Made by a program: the position numbers and the translations under genes. From Patescibacteria group bacterium (GTDB lineage: Bacteria > Patescibacteriota > Minisyncoccia > UBA6257 > JAKLIH01): a stretch of DNA of 64,000 bases. The notes below the pieces were generated by a model that worked only from the letters and a program-made list of their open reading frames with translations, did no database searches and was not told the origin of the DNA. The stretch is taken from positions 64,225 through 128,224 of the forward strand of contig JAKLIH010000001.1 in assembly GCA_022709715.1 (NCBI GenBank), read 5' to 3'. Numbering within the stretch: the first letter of the stretch is position 1; every line of letters starts with the position of its first letter. This document shows, piece by piece, positions 1-8,179 of this stretch.

Positions 1-168
1 AGTACAAGACTTTGTGTTGTTAGGAGAAATATCTGGACAAGCACTAGGATTACCATTTTTATCAGCAATAGTTAAAGCGTTGGCTTGATTGTTATTAACA
101 AAAACCAAGGCGCTTAAAATTACGACCAAAACAATAAACAATTTTTGATAAATATTTAAATTTTTCAT
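1..168 (-). CDS. hypothetical secreted/membrane-anchored protein, N-terminal part only (ORF leaves the window)
   Basis: ATG at 166-168 on minus strand; MKNLNIYQKLFIVLVVILSALVF... signal-like hydrophobic segment; host-like AT-rich composition. Confidence 0.5.
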   Translation of the reverse strand, partial: MKNLNIYQKLFIVLVVILSALVFVNNNQANALTIADKNGNPSACPDISPNNTKSCT

Positions 169-230
169 ATTATTTTTTTGACTCTAAAAATTAAGTTTTA
201 GAGTTTTTATTAATTATTTTATTTATTAAG

Positions 231-259
231 ATTATATCATTTTTATACCTGTGTGTCAA
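231..259 (-). promoter_or_regulatory. sigma70-type promoter for the 1-168 gene
   Basis: minus strand TTGACA (254-259), 17-nt spacer, TATAAT (231-236) with TGn extension. Confidence 0.6.
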
Positions 260-342
260 TTGATAGTCAACAATGAGAAAAGTTGTTTTCGACTAAAAAC
301 AACTCAAATTAACTATCAAGACTATTAGTTTTATATACGTAT

Positions 343-392
343 ATTATACCATTTTTTATATCTTTTGTCAATACCGTCTGTGGATAACTTTT
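343..392 (-). promoter_or_regulatory. second promoter plus direct-repeat copy 1 (contains TTATCCACA 9-mer)
   Basis: minus strand TTGACA (366-371), 17 nt, TGgTATAAT (343-351). The 363-392 segment recurs at 3694-3724. TGTGGATAA on plus strand at 379-387. Confidence 0.55.
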
Positions 393-402
393 TAGCTTAG
401 TA

Positions 403-504
403 TTTTAAAGCATTCCAAAGAGCAATAAGTAAAAATCGTAACAATATCTGTTTGGAGAGAGAGATATTATCACTGATTTTTCTGCCCTTCGAAATGCTTT
501 AAAA
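403..504. repeat. palindrome h0 (12-bp arms TTTTAAAGCATT/AATGCTTTAAAA, about 78-nt interior)
   Basis: inverted repeat 403-414 / 493-504; occupies the position that h1-h3 occupy in the other cassettes. Confidence 0.5.
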
Positions 505-514
505 CACTAAAACT

Positions 515-657
515 CCATTTACTCAGCAAATTAAAATATTTAATATTTAATTTGCTGAGAGACGGAGGGGAGGAACACTCCCCATGTGGAGATTCAACTC
601 TTTGTCAATATTATCAATCTCCCGATAATACTGAAGAGACTCTGCTTTCTCATGGCT
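515..657 (-). ncRNA. conserved structured RNA module, copy 1 (3' of ORF 725-1168)
   Basis: About 90 percent identical to 2430-2566. Contains GGGGAG/CTCCCC hairpin (567-583), 14-bp CTCAGCAAATTAAA palindrome and an H-type pseudoknot (588-594/616-622 with 597-615/624-638). Substitutions are wobble-compatible only on the minus strand. Confidence 0.45.
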
Positions 658-724
658 CACGTGTGTTGGTTTTTATGTATAAAACCATTCCCGTGATACA
701 AAAAATTTACCTTTTTACTGGAGG

Positions 725-1168
725 TTATTCGTGAGGCACATCCTGTTTCCGAGGTCTATACCCATGACATTTGTTGCAACAAACACTAAGGACTTTGTAC
801 GTTCTATCTCGACCTAGAGAACAATGATTATTGACCGCACAACCGCACGTCAAATGCCGCGATTGTGATTCTATAATCTTCCACCCACGCTCCCAGTCTT
901 CTCTACATACTTCTTCCTCATTGCAATGCACTTGAGAAATATGCATTGCATACGATATCAGGGTTTCATCACGGATCAAAGAAATCCGTGAATCTTGATT
1001 CTTCTGCAAAACCTGATCACAAGTATAAATAATCGTACTCAGACTCGACCGATAGGAAGTTGCGCACTCTTCCTGTTCGGCCATTTCTGATAGATTACAT
1101 AACTGTTTAGCTACGTAATTCAACGTCTCTTGGTCCAGCTCCTGTGTTAAATCTAACTCTTTATCCAT
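725..1168 (-). CDS. hypothetical 147-aa protein, acidic N-half, Cys/His-rich C-terminus (CGC...C...CCNKCH)
   Basis: intact ORF, SD AAGGAAGGTG upstream, GC-rich, no TGA, TAA stop. Confidence 0.7.
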   Translation of the reverse strand: MDKELDLTQELDQETLNYVAKQLCNLSEMAEQEECATSYRSSLSTIIYTCDQVLQKNQDSRISLIRDETLISYAMHISQVHCNEEEVCREDWERGWKIIESQSRHLTCGCAVNNHCSLGRDRTYKVLSVCCNKCHGYRPRKQDVPHE

Positions 1169-1215
1169 TTTTTCACCTTCCTTGCCCTCATTAGGGGATT
1201 TGTAAATTTTTCTGC

Positions 1216-1267
1216 TTTTCAGCAGAGATTATTCTACTAGCAATAATAAAATAATCTCTGCTGAAAA
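1216..1267. repeat. palindrome h1 (perfect 18-bp arms TTTTCAGCAGAGATTATT, 16-nt loop)
   Basis: arms 1216-1233 / 1250-1267; lies between the conserved AATTGTTCTTTAAAA box and the SD of ORF 725-1168. Confidence 0.8.
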
Positions 1268-1270
1268 CTA

Positions 1271-1335
1271 TGTTTTAAAGAACAATTCCATTTACTCAGC
1301 AAATTAAAATATTTAATATTTAATTTGCTAAGAGA
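1271..1335 (-). promoter_or_regulatory. conserved inter-cassette box (AATTGTTCTTTAAAA plus CTCAGCAAATTAAA palindrome), copy 2
   Basis: near-identical to 500-560 and 2413-2470; possible TTGCTG-17-TTTAAA promoter on minus strand. Confidence 0.4.
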
Positions 1336-1460
1336 TGAAGAGATTTTTTAAAGAGAAATCTCGGAAAACTCTGTTTAACTTTATTTGATCTTGATTTATA
1401 TGGGAAACCAACAAAACCTCGGATCCTACGTTCTGAGTCACCGAATCTCAGTTGTTGGTC

Positions 1461-2240
1461 TTATAGAGATTTAGAAATCTCTTTAAAAACCTGGAGCGCG
1501 TCATCCTCTGAGAACTCAACCCCACGTGGAGTTGAGCAGGCCTTAGGGTGGCCTGCAAATTCGATGCCGGCGACTATCTTGCCGGCAAATGCGTATTGCG
1601 ATTTGGGATCGCAATATATAGAAACGGTTTTGTAGTGGTTACGATAAACCACTACGATCTTGACACCATCCTCATATGGACGAGATGGGTCAAGAGGATC
1701 TTGGGCTCCTATAGCCCAAAACCCCACCTTACCATCAACTGCCTTTCGGCAGTGAAAATAAGAATTTTCTGATTTTGTTTGGGCCTCACGGCCCATTTCA
1801 ATGATCTCTGTGTCAGGAACAGAGATCATTTCTTCCACAATAGCAGTAACGTCCTGCCATTGTTCTGCTGACACTCGCGGAAAATTTAATTTTCGCGCGA
1901 GCGCAGTGATCCCTACTGAGTAGCATAAGGTAGGATTGGTTTTAATGGGGCAGACGCTACTGCCTTTTAAGTCGATCTGCTCAAGAAGAGTAAGATCGAT
2001 ATTTGGCAGTGATTTACCTGCCAATCTCAAGATACCAACAAACGTGTCAGCATCAATGTGAGTGATCTCAACAGCTGCGTTGAGATCGCTGGCCTTTTGA
2101 ATTCGTCCGTCATTACACGGACTCGGGTTTTTGGAATATTGACCATGATGATCAAAATTCCTCACCCCATCATCCATCCCCGCTTCCAGAGAGAACACGC
2201 ATCCTCTACCGGATGCTTTTGACCATAATTGATATCTCAT
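1461..2240 (-). CDS. hypothetical 259-aa protein with His/Asp-rich motifs (NFDHHG, THIDADT); possible metal-dependent hydrolase
   Basis: intact ORF; 33/60 G+C counted at 1501-1560; SD AAAGGAGAAAAAAA; no TGA, TAA stop. Confidence 0.75.
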   Translation of the reverse strand: MRYQLWSKASGRGCVFSLEAGMDDGVRNFDHHGQYSKNPSPCNDGRIQKASDLNAAVEITHIDADTFVGILRLAGKSLPNIDLTLLEQIDLKGSSVCPIKTNPTLCYSVGITALARKLNFPRVSAEQWQDVTAIVEEMISVPDTEIIEMGREAQTKSENSYFHCRKAVDGKVGFWAIGAQDPLDPSRPYEDGVKIVVVYRNHYKTVSIYCDPKSQYAFAGKIVAGIEFAGHPKACSTPRGVEFSEDDALQVFKEISKSL

Positions 2241-2341
2241 TTTTTTCTCCTTTCAGAGAAATTTAAGAAACTTTTTAAAGTTTCTAATGAATTATAGTTC
2301 TTTAAGAATTGAAGGGTTTATCCCTACTATAATTCATACCA

Positions 2342-2403
2342 CTTTTCAGTAGCTAAGAAATAATTTTAGATTTTTTTAAAATTAAAACTTAGCTACTGAA
2401 AAG
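2342..2403. repeat. palindrome h2 (perfect 16-bp arms CTTTTCAGTAGCTAAG, 30-nt loop)
   Basis: arms 2342-2357 / 2388-2403; same position and same outer bases as h1 and h3, unrelated inner sequence. Confidence 0.8.
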
Positions 2404-2429
2404 ATGCTTTTTGTTTTTAAAGAACAATT

Positions 2430-2566
2430 CCATTTACTCAGCAAATTAAAATATTTAATTTGCTGAGAGATGGAGGGGAGGAACACTCCCCATATGAAGA
2501 TTTGACTCTTTATCAATATTATCAATCTCCCGATAATATTGAAGAGACTCTGCTTTCTCGCGGCTC
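2430..2566 (-). ncRNA. conserved structured RNA module, copy 2 (3' of ORF 2700-2999)
   Basis: aligns with 515-657 with only transition differences; lacks the 7-nt loop duplication of copy 1. Confidence 0.45.
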
Positions 2567-2699
2567 CAGTGTGACTTTTTGTTTTAAAACAGAAGTATCC
2601 CTGGATACGAAACTGTTTACCCATGCTTTAACCCCCGTGGATTTTAGGGGAACCTCAATTAAGAATAATTGGGGATAAAATATCTTCTAACGCATTGGT

Positions 2700-2999
2700 T
2701 TAATGCGTTTCAAGATATGACAATTCCTCCTCTTCTGTGGGTGTCCAATAACACCCACAAACATTACAGATGAATATCGAATGATCCATTGGATCATCCC
2801 TGTCGGATGGTGGGTAATACCCAAAATCCTTATGCCCTGTGTTTTTGCCACAGAGCTCTTGGAACTTCCGTTCCAAGACTTTTTTTTGCTGGAACATTTC
2901 GTCCCAGCTTTTTTTCTCTCTTTGAAGTCGCTCTTGCAACTCCAAATTTTCTTTTCTAAGTCCATCTATGACGGACTTTCTGATAATAATCCATCCCAT
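2700..2999 (-). CDS. hypothetical 99-aa protein (coiled-coil-like middle, C-terminal CNVCGC motif)
   Basis: ORF with SD AAGGAGAAAAAAA before ATG; preferred over the overlapping frame 2687-2965, which has no SD; no TGA, TAA stop. Confidence 0.6.
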   Translation of the reverse strand: MGWIIIRKSVIDGLRKENLELQERLQREKKSWDEMFQQKKVLERKFQELCGKNTGHKDFGYYPPSDRDDPMDHSIFICNVCGCYWTPTEEEELSYLETH

Positions 3000-3077
3000 T
3001 TTTTTCTCCTTGCCAATTTTTGAAAACTGGCAGCGTATATCTATTATTCCCGATATACAGGGAAATTTATTTTTGCT

Positions 3078-3126
3078 GTTTTCAGCATATAAAAGTTAAA
3101 AGATTTAACTGCTATATGCTGAAAAC
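3078..3126. repeat. palindrome h3 (perfect 14-bp arms GTTTTCAGCATATA)
   Basis: arms 3078-3091 / 3113-3126, followed by AATATTTTAAAGAACAATT box. Confidence 0.8.
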
Positions 3127-3528
3127 AATATTTTAAAGAACAATTTACATATTCGCTCACTGATACTAATGCTAATATAGTGGGCGATTAAAACTGGTTT
3201 TATTTAAAACCGGCTTTAATCGCCGACCAAAAAGGTGAGTTAATCCTTTTTTCGGCATAAATGTATATAGTTCCCTATAGACATTTAGGTGTGGCCTTGG
3301 TTTGAACAATCTTGTTCGCGAACCAAAGAAATACCGATTGTTTGATCGTCTGCTTCAAACAATATGAATATTTTTTTCCACTAGACGAAATTTTTGATTT
3401 AAAAATATTTGCGTTTCAACCAAAATAGATAGTAAACAAATAGGTTTTTGCTTGCGAGAGATTGCAAGGCATAAATTTTTAAATCAATAGTTTTTTAAAT
3501 GTACAAATAAAAAAACTAAAATATAATG

Positions 3529-3560
3529 AAAAACGGCTCTTTTTGGAGAGAACCGTTTTT
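3529..3560. terminator. bidirectional rho-independent terminator
   Basis: AAAAACGGCTCT-TTTTGG-AGAGAACCGTTTTT; A-run before and T-run after the stem. Confidence 0.6.
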
Positions 3561-3587
3561 ATATGAAAATTGATTAAAACATCGCTA

Positions 3588-3640
3588 TAGCTCTCTCCTT
3601 CTACAACTTTGTTTTATTGCCTATTAGCTCTCTCCTTCTA
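3588..3640 (-). repeat. two copies of TAGAAGGAGAGAGCTA (minus-strand reading), SD-like
   Basis: 16-nt direct repeat at 3588-3603 and 3625-3640. Confidence 0.6.
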
Positions 3641-3674
3641 ACAAGCAAATTGTTATTTTTAGTTTATAAAATCA

Positions 3675-3724
3675 GTATAACATATTGTTTCTGTTTTGTC
3701 AATACCCCTTTGTGGATAACTTTT
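3675..3724 (-). promoter_or_regulatory. promoter plus direct-repeat copy 2 (contains TTATCCACA 9-mer)
   Basis: minus strand TTGACA (3697-3702), 16 nt, TTATAC (3675-3680); 3694-3724 matches 363-392 (13+14 identical nt around a 3-4 nt variable core). Confidence 0.5.
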
Positions 3725-3792
3725 AAGAATACTGCAAATATAATAGTAAATATTGATTCAAATGTTTTGTTTGTTTATAGATTATAAAACTA

Positions 3793-5304
3793 TTAACCCA
3801 TTAAATGTTTATAATTTTTTAAAATGAAACTAATTGCCTCCTCTTTAGTTTTTAATTTTCCTTCTTTTTGTTTATTGTAAACACTGTTTAAAATCGTTTT
3901 GAAATGGGGCCCGGTTTTAAAACCAAGCTTAAGCAAATCTTTGCCTTCAATTAGTTTTTCCAGCTTATTATAAAAAACATCCATGGCTTTGGCTAATTTA
4001 ATCAGCTCTAATAATTTTTCAATGTTTAAAGCATTTAGCTGATTCAACGGTTGACGACCCATGTAGTCAGATTCAATGACCATGGACAGATCTTTAATGG
4101 TAGCTGGTTTTATTTTATCGGAAAGTTTTTTAACAAATTTTTCCGTAACAGTTTGAACTCCCACTAAAGCATCATGATTTTTTATTAATTGCAAAATGAT
4201 AGGAATATCTTTTAAAGGAAAATTAATTTGTCGTAAAAAACTTTTTGTAAACGAAGTTGATTCGCTAGCATGACCATAGGCAGTTATTTTTTCACCTTCA
4301 ATTTTTGTGGTGGTTACTTTGCCGAAATCGTGGCATAAAACGCTCAGCATTAAAATAAGTTGATCAGCTTGTGAAAGTTTTTCTCGATTACAAATTTTTT
4401 TAGCATGATCAAGTGACTGAGAGGTATGCTCAAAAACATCGCCCTCGGGATGATATTGTTTGGGCTGTTGAAGATTTATTAAGTTATAAATTTCCGGATG
4501 TAATTTTTCTAAGATCTTGAGTTCTTTAGCAATTTTTAATCCTAGACCTGGTTGATTTGATTTTAAAAGCATTTTAGTTCATTCTTCGCCAATGCGAGAT
4601 GCGCTCAAAAAACGTAAATCAATTTGTTGGCAAAGAGTTTTGGTTTTGGTGTCAATACTAAAACCCAAAATGGAAGCAAAACGCATAGCTCGCAAAACTC
4701 TTAATGGATCTTCAGAAAATTTCTTATTGTCAACGTGCTTTAATTTCTTTTCTAAAATATCTTTTAGACCACCGTGTTCATCAATGATTTCGCCTGTAAA
4801 TGGGTCTAGACCAAGAGCATTGCAAGTAAAATCGCGACGGGACGAAGCAATTTTAAAAGATAGCTTGGGATCAAACTTAGTTTTAAAGTCTGAATGTTTT
4901 TCACCAGTTTTTGAATCTTTGCGAGGTAAGGCAATATCAATGTTTGCACCAACTTTATATACACCAAAACTTTTACCAACTAAATTAGGAGTGGTACTTT
5001 CATCTTCAGATAGCGTTGATTCTAAAACATCAGGTTTAATATCATAGATCTCAATATCAATATCTTTAAAATCAACTTCGGATTTTTGTCCAAATTTTTT
5101 AAGAACTAGATCTCTAACAAAACCGCCAATTAAAATTGGTCGGCCATTTTGTTTTTTAATTAAAGCACAAATATCAAGAACTTTTTGCATGGTTTTTTTA
5201 TCGGGAACTGAGACGGTTTGATCAATTATTTCTTTGAGAGTTAAAACCGTTATTTTAGGCAAATTGGATTGCTTGGCAATTCTTTTTTGTTCTTTGATAA
5301 TCAT
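3793..5304 (-). CDS. cca: CCA-adding enzyme / poly(A) polymerase-family nucleotidyltransferase with HD domain
   Basis: ORFs 4579-5304 and 3793-4572 are in frame, joined by one TGA; GGFVRD, RRDFT and HD (HDFGK) motifs. Confidence 0.85.
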
Positions 5305-5328
5305 AATCGCTTTTAAGATGATTATTAA

Positions 5329-7068
5329 TTACATTTCAAAATAAGCCTCTTTAGTTATTTGCGATTCTTTTAAATTAAGTTTTTTTATAAACTTTTTTAA
5401 ATCAATTTGGCTGGCGTTGTCAAAACGCACTTCCACAAAATTTCCTAATTCGACTTTTTTATTGTTTTCTATTTTGGTTACCTGATTGTCAATAGAAAAA
5501 ATTATATTGTCTAGCTTAAAAAGAATTCTTTCTTTTTTAATTTTTTTAACAATGTTGGGATAAATCTGACTGATAACTTTTTCAGTTTGGTCATCAATAT
5601 AAAATTCAAATTTCGGTCTTTCCCTAACTTCATCTTTCTTTTTCGGCCCTTTATAGGTAATGATTTTTTTACCACCTTCATTTCTAATTCTTAGAATTTC
5701 TCCGGTCATTTTTAAATCTCGATCTTGAGGATTAAAATAGGTATCAGTTTGAATAGTTGAGCTTAAAATTTCAGCTCCGATTTCGCGAAGATAATTGATG
5801 TCTAGTGAAGTTTTAAATTTAACCTGTTTTTCACTCATGCCGGATTTTTCGGATTCAATATTTGGATTATATTCATTGTTGATAATTAAATCGGCTTTCT
5901 TTTTGGTGGCATCAATATATTTTTCGTGCATGGGTTGCACGACTTGAAGAAAATATTTAAAAATATCTAGTGGCTTTTGCCCGGTTCTGGTAATGTCTCT
6001 TAGCAATCTACGAATAATTCGACCGTGAGCACCAATTTCAACAAAAACTTTTAAGTCACCATAAGATTCTAAACTTTTGTCTAAAACAAATAAGCCTTCA
6101 GCGATAATAATTTTTTTAGGAAAAACTTTTTCAGTTGTTAAAGATTCACAGGCCTTCATGTCGTAGATCGGTTTATCAACTGATTCATTATTTTTTAATT
6201 TCAATAAATGTTTACCGAACAAATCTAGATTCACGGCTTCGGGTTGATCTCAATTTAATATATGTCCTTGTTTATATTCAGATTGTATAAATTGATTGCC
6301 TTTGTAATAATCGTCACAAGAAAAAATGATAGCTTGATCTGGAAAATTATCTTTGATTATTTTTGAAACGGCACTGGTTTTACCAGAAGCTGATCCCCCG
6401 GCAATTTGAACAATTAAATTATCTTTAGTATGTTTTAATTTTTCATTTATTAAATTTGTCAGTTCTTTGAGGCCAGATTCAAGAGAATATTCTGGGATTG
6501 ATAATTTTTCATCAACTTCTTTTTTCTTTTCTTGAGGAATGAAAATGTATCCTTGTGATAAATTTTTATTTTTATATAAACTATTTTCAGTTTGTTCTTC
6601 GCCAAATCAATCGGGTATTATAAAATCATTACTTTCATCTTCATCATCAAACTCTACCTCAGCAAGAATTAAACCATTTAATCTACCTTGATACACATCA
6701 ACTTCAATTGTAAATTTTTGATAAGGAATTTTATAACGAATTTTTTCAATCTTTGACTCTAAAGTTCCGGATCACAATGAATCAAATTGTTTTTTGGAAA
6801 TTTTTATTTCAATTTCAGTTCGAATTTTGCCATCACCCTTTTTTATAGTTTGAAAATATTCGTTACCATGTTGACGAAGTCTTATTTCGGAGCCATCATC
6901 GATAATTGCTAAATAACCTTGTAAAATTTTTTGATGAGGATATTTTAAAAATTTTTCGGGTAAATTTTTAATTAAAAACTTTCTTTCAATTTCTTGATGT
7001 TTTTTTGCTTGAGCAATTTTATTATTTTTACTAATTTTTAAATTAATTTGCTTTTTCTGTTTTTTCAT
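5329..7068 (-). CDS. CYTH - uridine-kinase-like P-loop - CYTH fusion protein
   Basis: Three ORF pieces in one frame joined by TGA. N-terminal EIERKFL CYTH, GGSASGKTS P-loop, second CYTH-like C-terminus. TGA falls at the conserved Trp of the CYTH PDW motif. Confidence 0.75.
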
Positions 7069-7104
7069 AATTATTGAAGTTATAAAATAATTATAATGAA
7101 TTTG

Positions 7105-7142
7105 TGGAGCTAAGGAGAATCGAACTCCTGACCTTTACAATG
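7105..7142 (-). pseudogene. duplicated 3' part of tRNA-Ala (no 5' half)
   Basis: 42-nt direct repeat 7101-7142 = 7161-7202, 18 nt apart. Confidence 0.85.
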
Positions 7143-7164
7143 TCCCGATTTTATGGGTTATTTG

Positions 7165-7237
7165 TGGAGCTAAGGAGAATCGAACTCCTGACCTTTACAA
7201 TGCGAATGTAACGCTCTACCAACTGAGCTATAGCCCC
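7165..7237 (-). tRNA. tRNA-Ala (anticodon CGC)
   Basis: cloverleaf GGGGCTA...TAGCTCC-A with G3:U70; anticodon loop TTCGCAT; no encoded CCA. Confidence 0.9.
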
Positions 7238-7269
7238 ATAAAATAATTATACCAAAATTTTTTTGAATG

Positions 7270-7307
7270 CAAAACCCCTGCGATAACTGAATTACCAAAC
7301 AGGGGTT
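7270..7307 (-). terminator. rho-independent terminator of ORF 7335-7616
   Basis: minus strand CCCCTG...CAGGGG stem followed by TTTTG. Confidence 0.6.
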
Positions 7308-7334
7308 GTTGAGTTGTCATAGATGTCTCCTTTT

Positions 7335-7616
7335 TTATTTGTTATTAACTTTGTTAGTTATGACCGCGGTTATAAAATTTTTAATAGCCACAAGAGATTC
7401 AACTAACTTTTCAATAGTTTGGTAAGTTATTTTACTACGTGCCACAATATGATAACGAGTAATTGATTTGCCACGATTGCAACATGAAAACTTGCCAACA
7501 ACAAATACCCACCCATTGTGATCCATCGAGGCCGTATTTCTGATTTTTAGTTCACAGATAAGGCCAATAACTTTTTGTGACAACTCTTCTGATGAACCTA
7601 TTTTGGTGATAATCAT
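7335..7616 (-). CDS. hypothetical 93-aa protein
   Basis: strong SD AAAGGAGGTG, own TGcTATAAT promoter (7651-7659) and terminator; no TGA, TAA stop. Confidence 0.65.
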   Translation of the reverse strand: MIITKIGSSEELSQKVIGLICELKIRNTASMDHNGWVFVVGKFSCCNRGKSITRYHIVARSKITYQTIEKLVESLVAIKNFITAVITNKVNNK

Positions 7617-7650
7617 TTTTCACCTCCTTTTTTAAAGTTTTCTAAATAGA

Positions 7651-7718
7651 ATTATAGCATATTTTTATATAAAATAAAACAATACAAATCAAATATGCTA
7701 AAATCTAAATGAAACATT
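7651..7718. promoter_or_regulatory. shared bidirectional promoter module, copy X
   Basis: Homologous to 30805-30872 and, for about 40 nt, to 8136-8178. Minus-strand extended -10 at 7651-7659; plus-strand TGcTAAAAT inside 7697-7705. Confidence 0.5.
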
Positions 7719-7746
7719 GCGGTCAAGTAATTAATAAATCTAAAAA

Positions 7747-7842
7747 TCCCAACGCTGTCTTGCAGCGTTGGGATAAAAAACAAGTAAGTTTTTGTAATTT
7801 TAAACACCTCGGGAAATAATATTTGCCGAGGTGTTATCATGA
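7747..7842 (-). terminator. two perfect hairpins downstream of ORF 7844-8098
   Basis: CCCAACGCTG/CAGCGTTGGG followed on the minus strand by ATTTTT, and AACACCTCGG/CCGAGGTGTT. Confidence 0.5.
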
Positions 7843-7843
7843 A

Positions 7844-8098
7844 CTACGATAATTTGTGATTTATTGTTTCATCTTTAAATTTTTTAAGATCTTTTTCTGT
7901 TATTACTTTGTGGTATTGACCACCAGAACATCGTTGTGCAATTCTCCATAACATTAAATTATTTGTTTCCTTCGTTCTTTTAGGAATGGCTTCTCCTGTC
8001 TCAAGTTTCTTTATCAATATTTCAGGATCTACGAATTTATTTTCGGATGGAATATCCGAAAATAATAACTTGAAAAAACGAACAATTTTTTTAATCAT
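7844..8098 (-). CDS. hypothetical 84-aa protein
   Basis: ORF with TGaTATAAT promoter at about 8136-8144 (minus); single Trp is TGG. Confidence 0.55.
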   Translation of the reverse strand: MIKKIVRFFKLLFSDIPSENKFVDPEILIKKLETGEAIPKRTKETNNLMLWRIAQRCSGGQYHKVITEKDLKKFKDETINHKLS

Positions 8099-8179
8099 TA
8101 TATTATCCTTTCTTTTTTATACTTGTTCTAATATAATTATATCATATTTTTAAAAAATAAACCAATGCAAGGATGAAAT

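Noticed and set aside
552-734. Plus-strand ORFs 552-734 and 2460-2678 (MLRDGGEEHSP...) as small paralogous proteins
   Set aside because: They have TTG starts with no SD. Differences between the two copies are mostly non-synonymous and the frames diverge after about 38 aa. The shared part is better explained as a minus-strand structured RNA.
515-2566. Diversity-generating retroelement (template/variable repeat pair)
   Set aside because: The differences I saw between the two copies are all transitions, not adenine-specific. No reverse transcriptase is in the window, and the repeats are not inside a target gene.
403-3126. Classical integron (attC sites) for the cassette palindromes
   Set aside because: The outer boxes (GTTTTCAG/CTGAAAAC) do not fit the RYYYAAC/GTTRRRY core sites. 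No intI gene is visible, and the palindromes lie 5' of each ORF next to promoter-like boxes. The analogy is kept only at the level of architecture.
7712-7842. Hairpins after the plus-strand TGcTAAAAT as a dedicated ncRNA gene
   Set aside because: At least the 7747-7777 and 30925-30970 stems have A-runs before and T-runs after when read on the minus strand, so they work as terminators of the upstream minus-strand ORFs. The ncRNA reading stays possible but unsupported.
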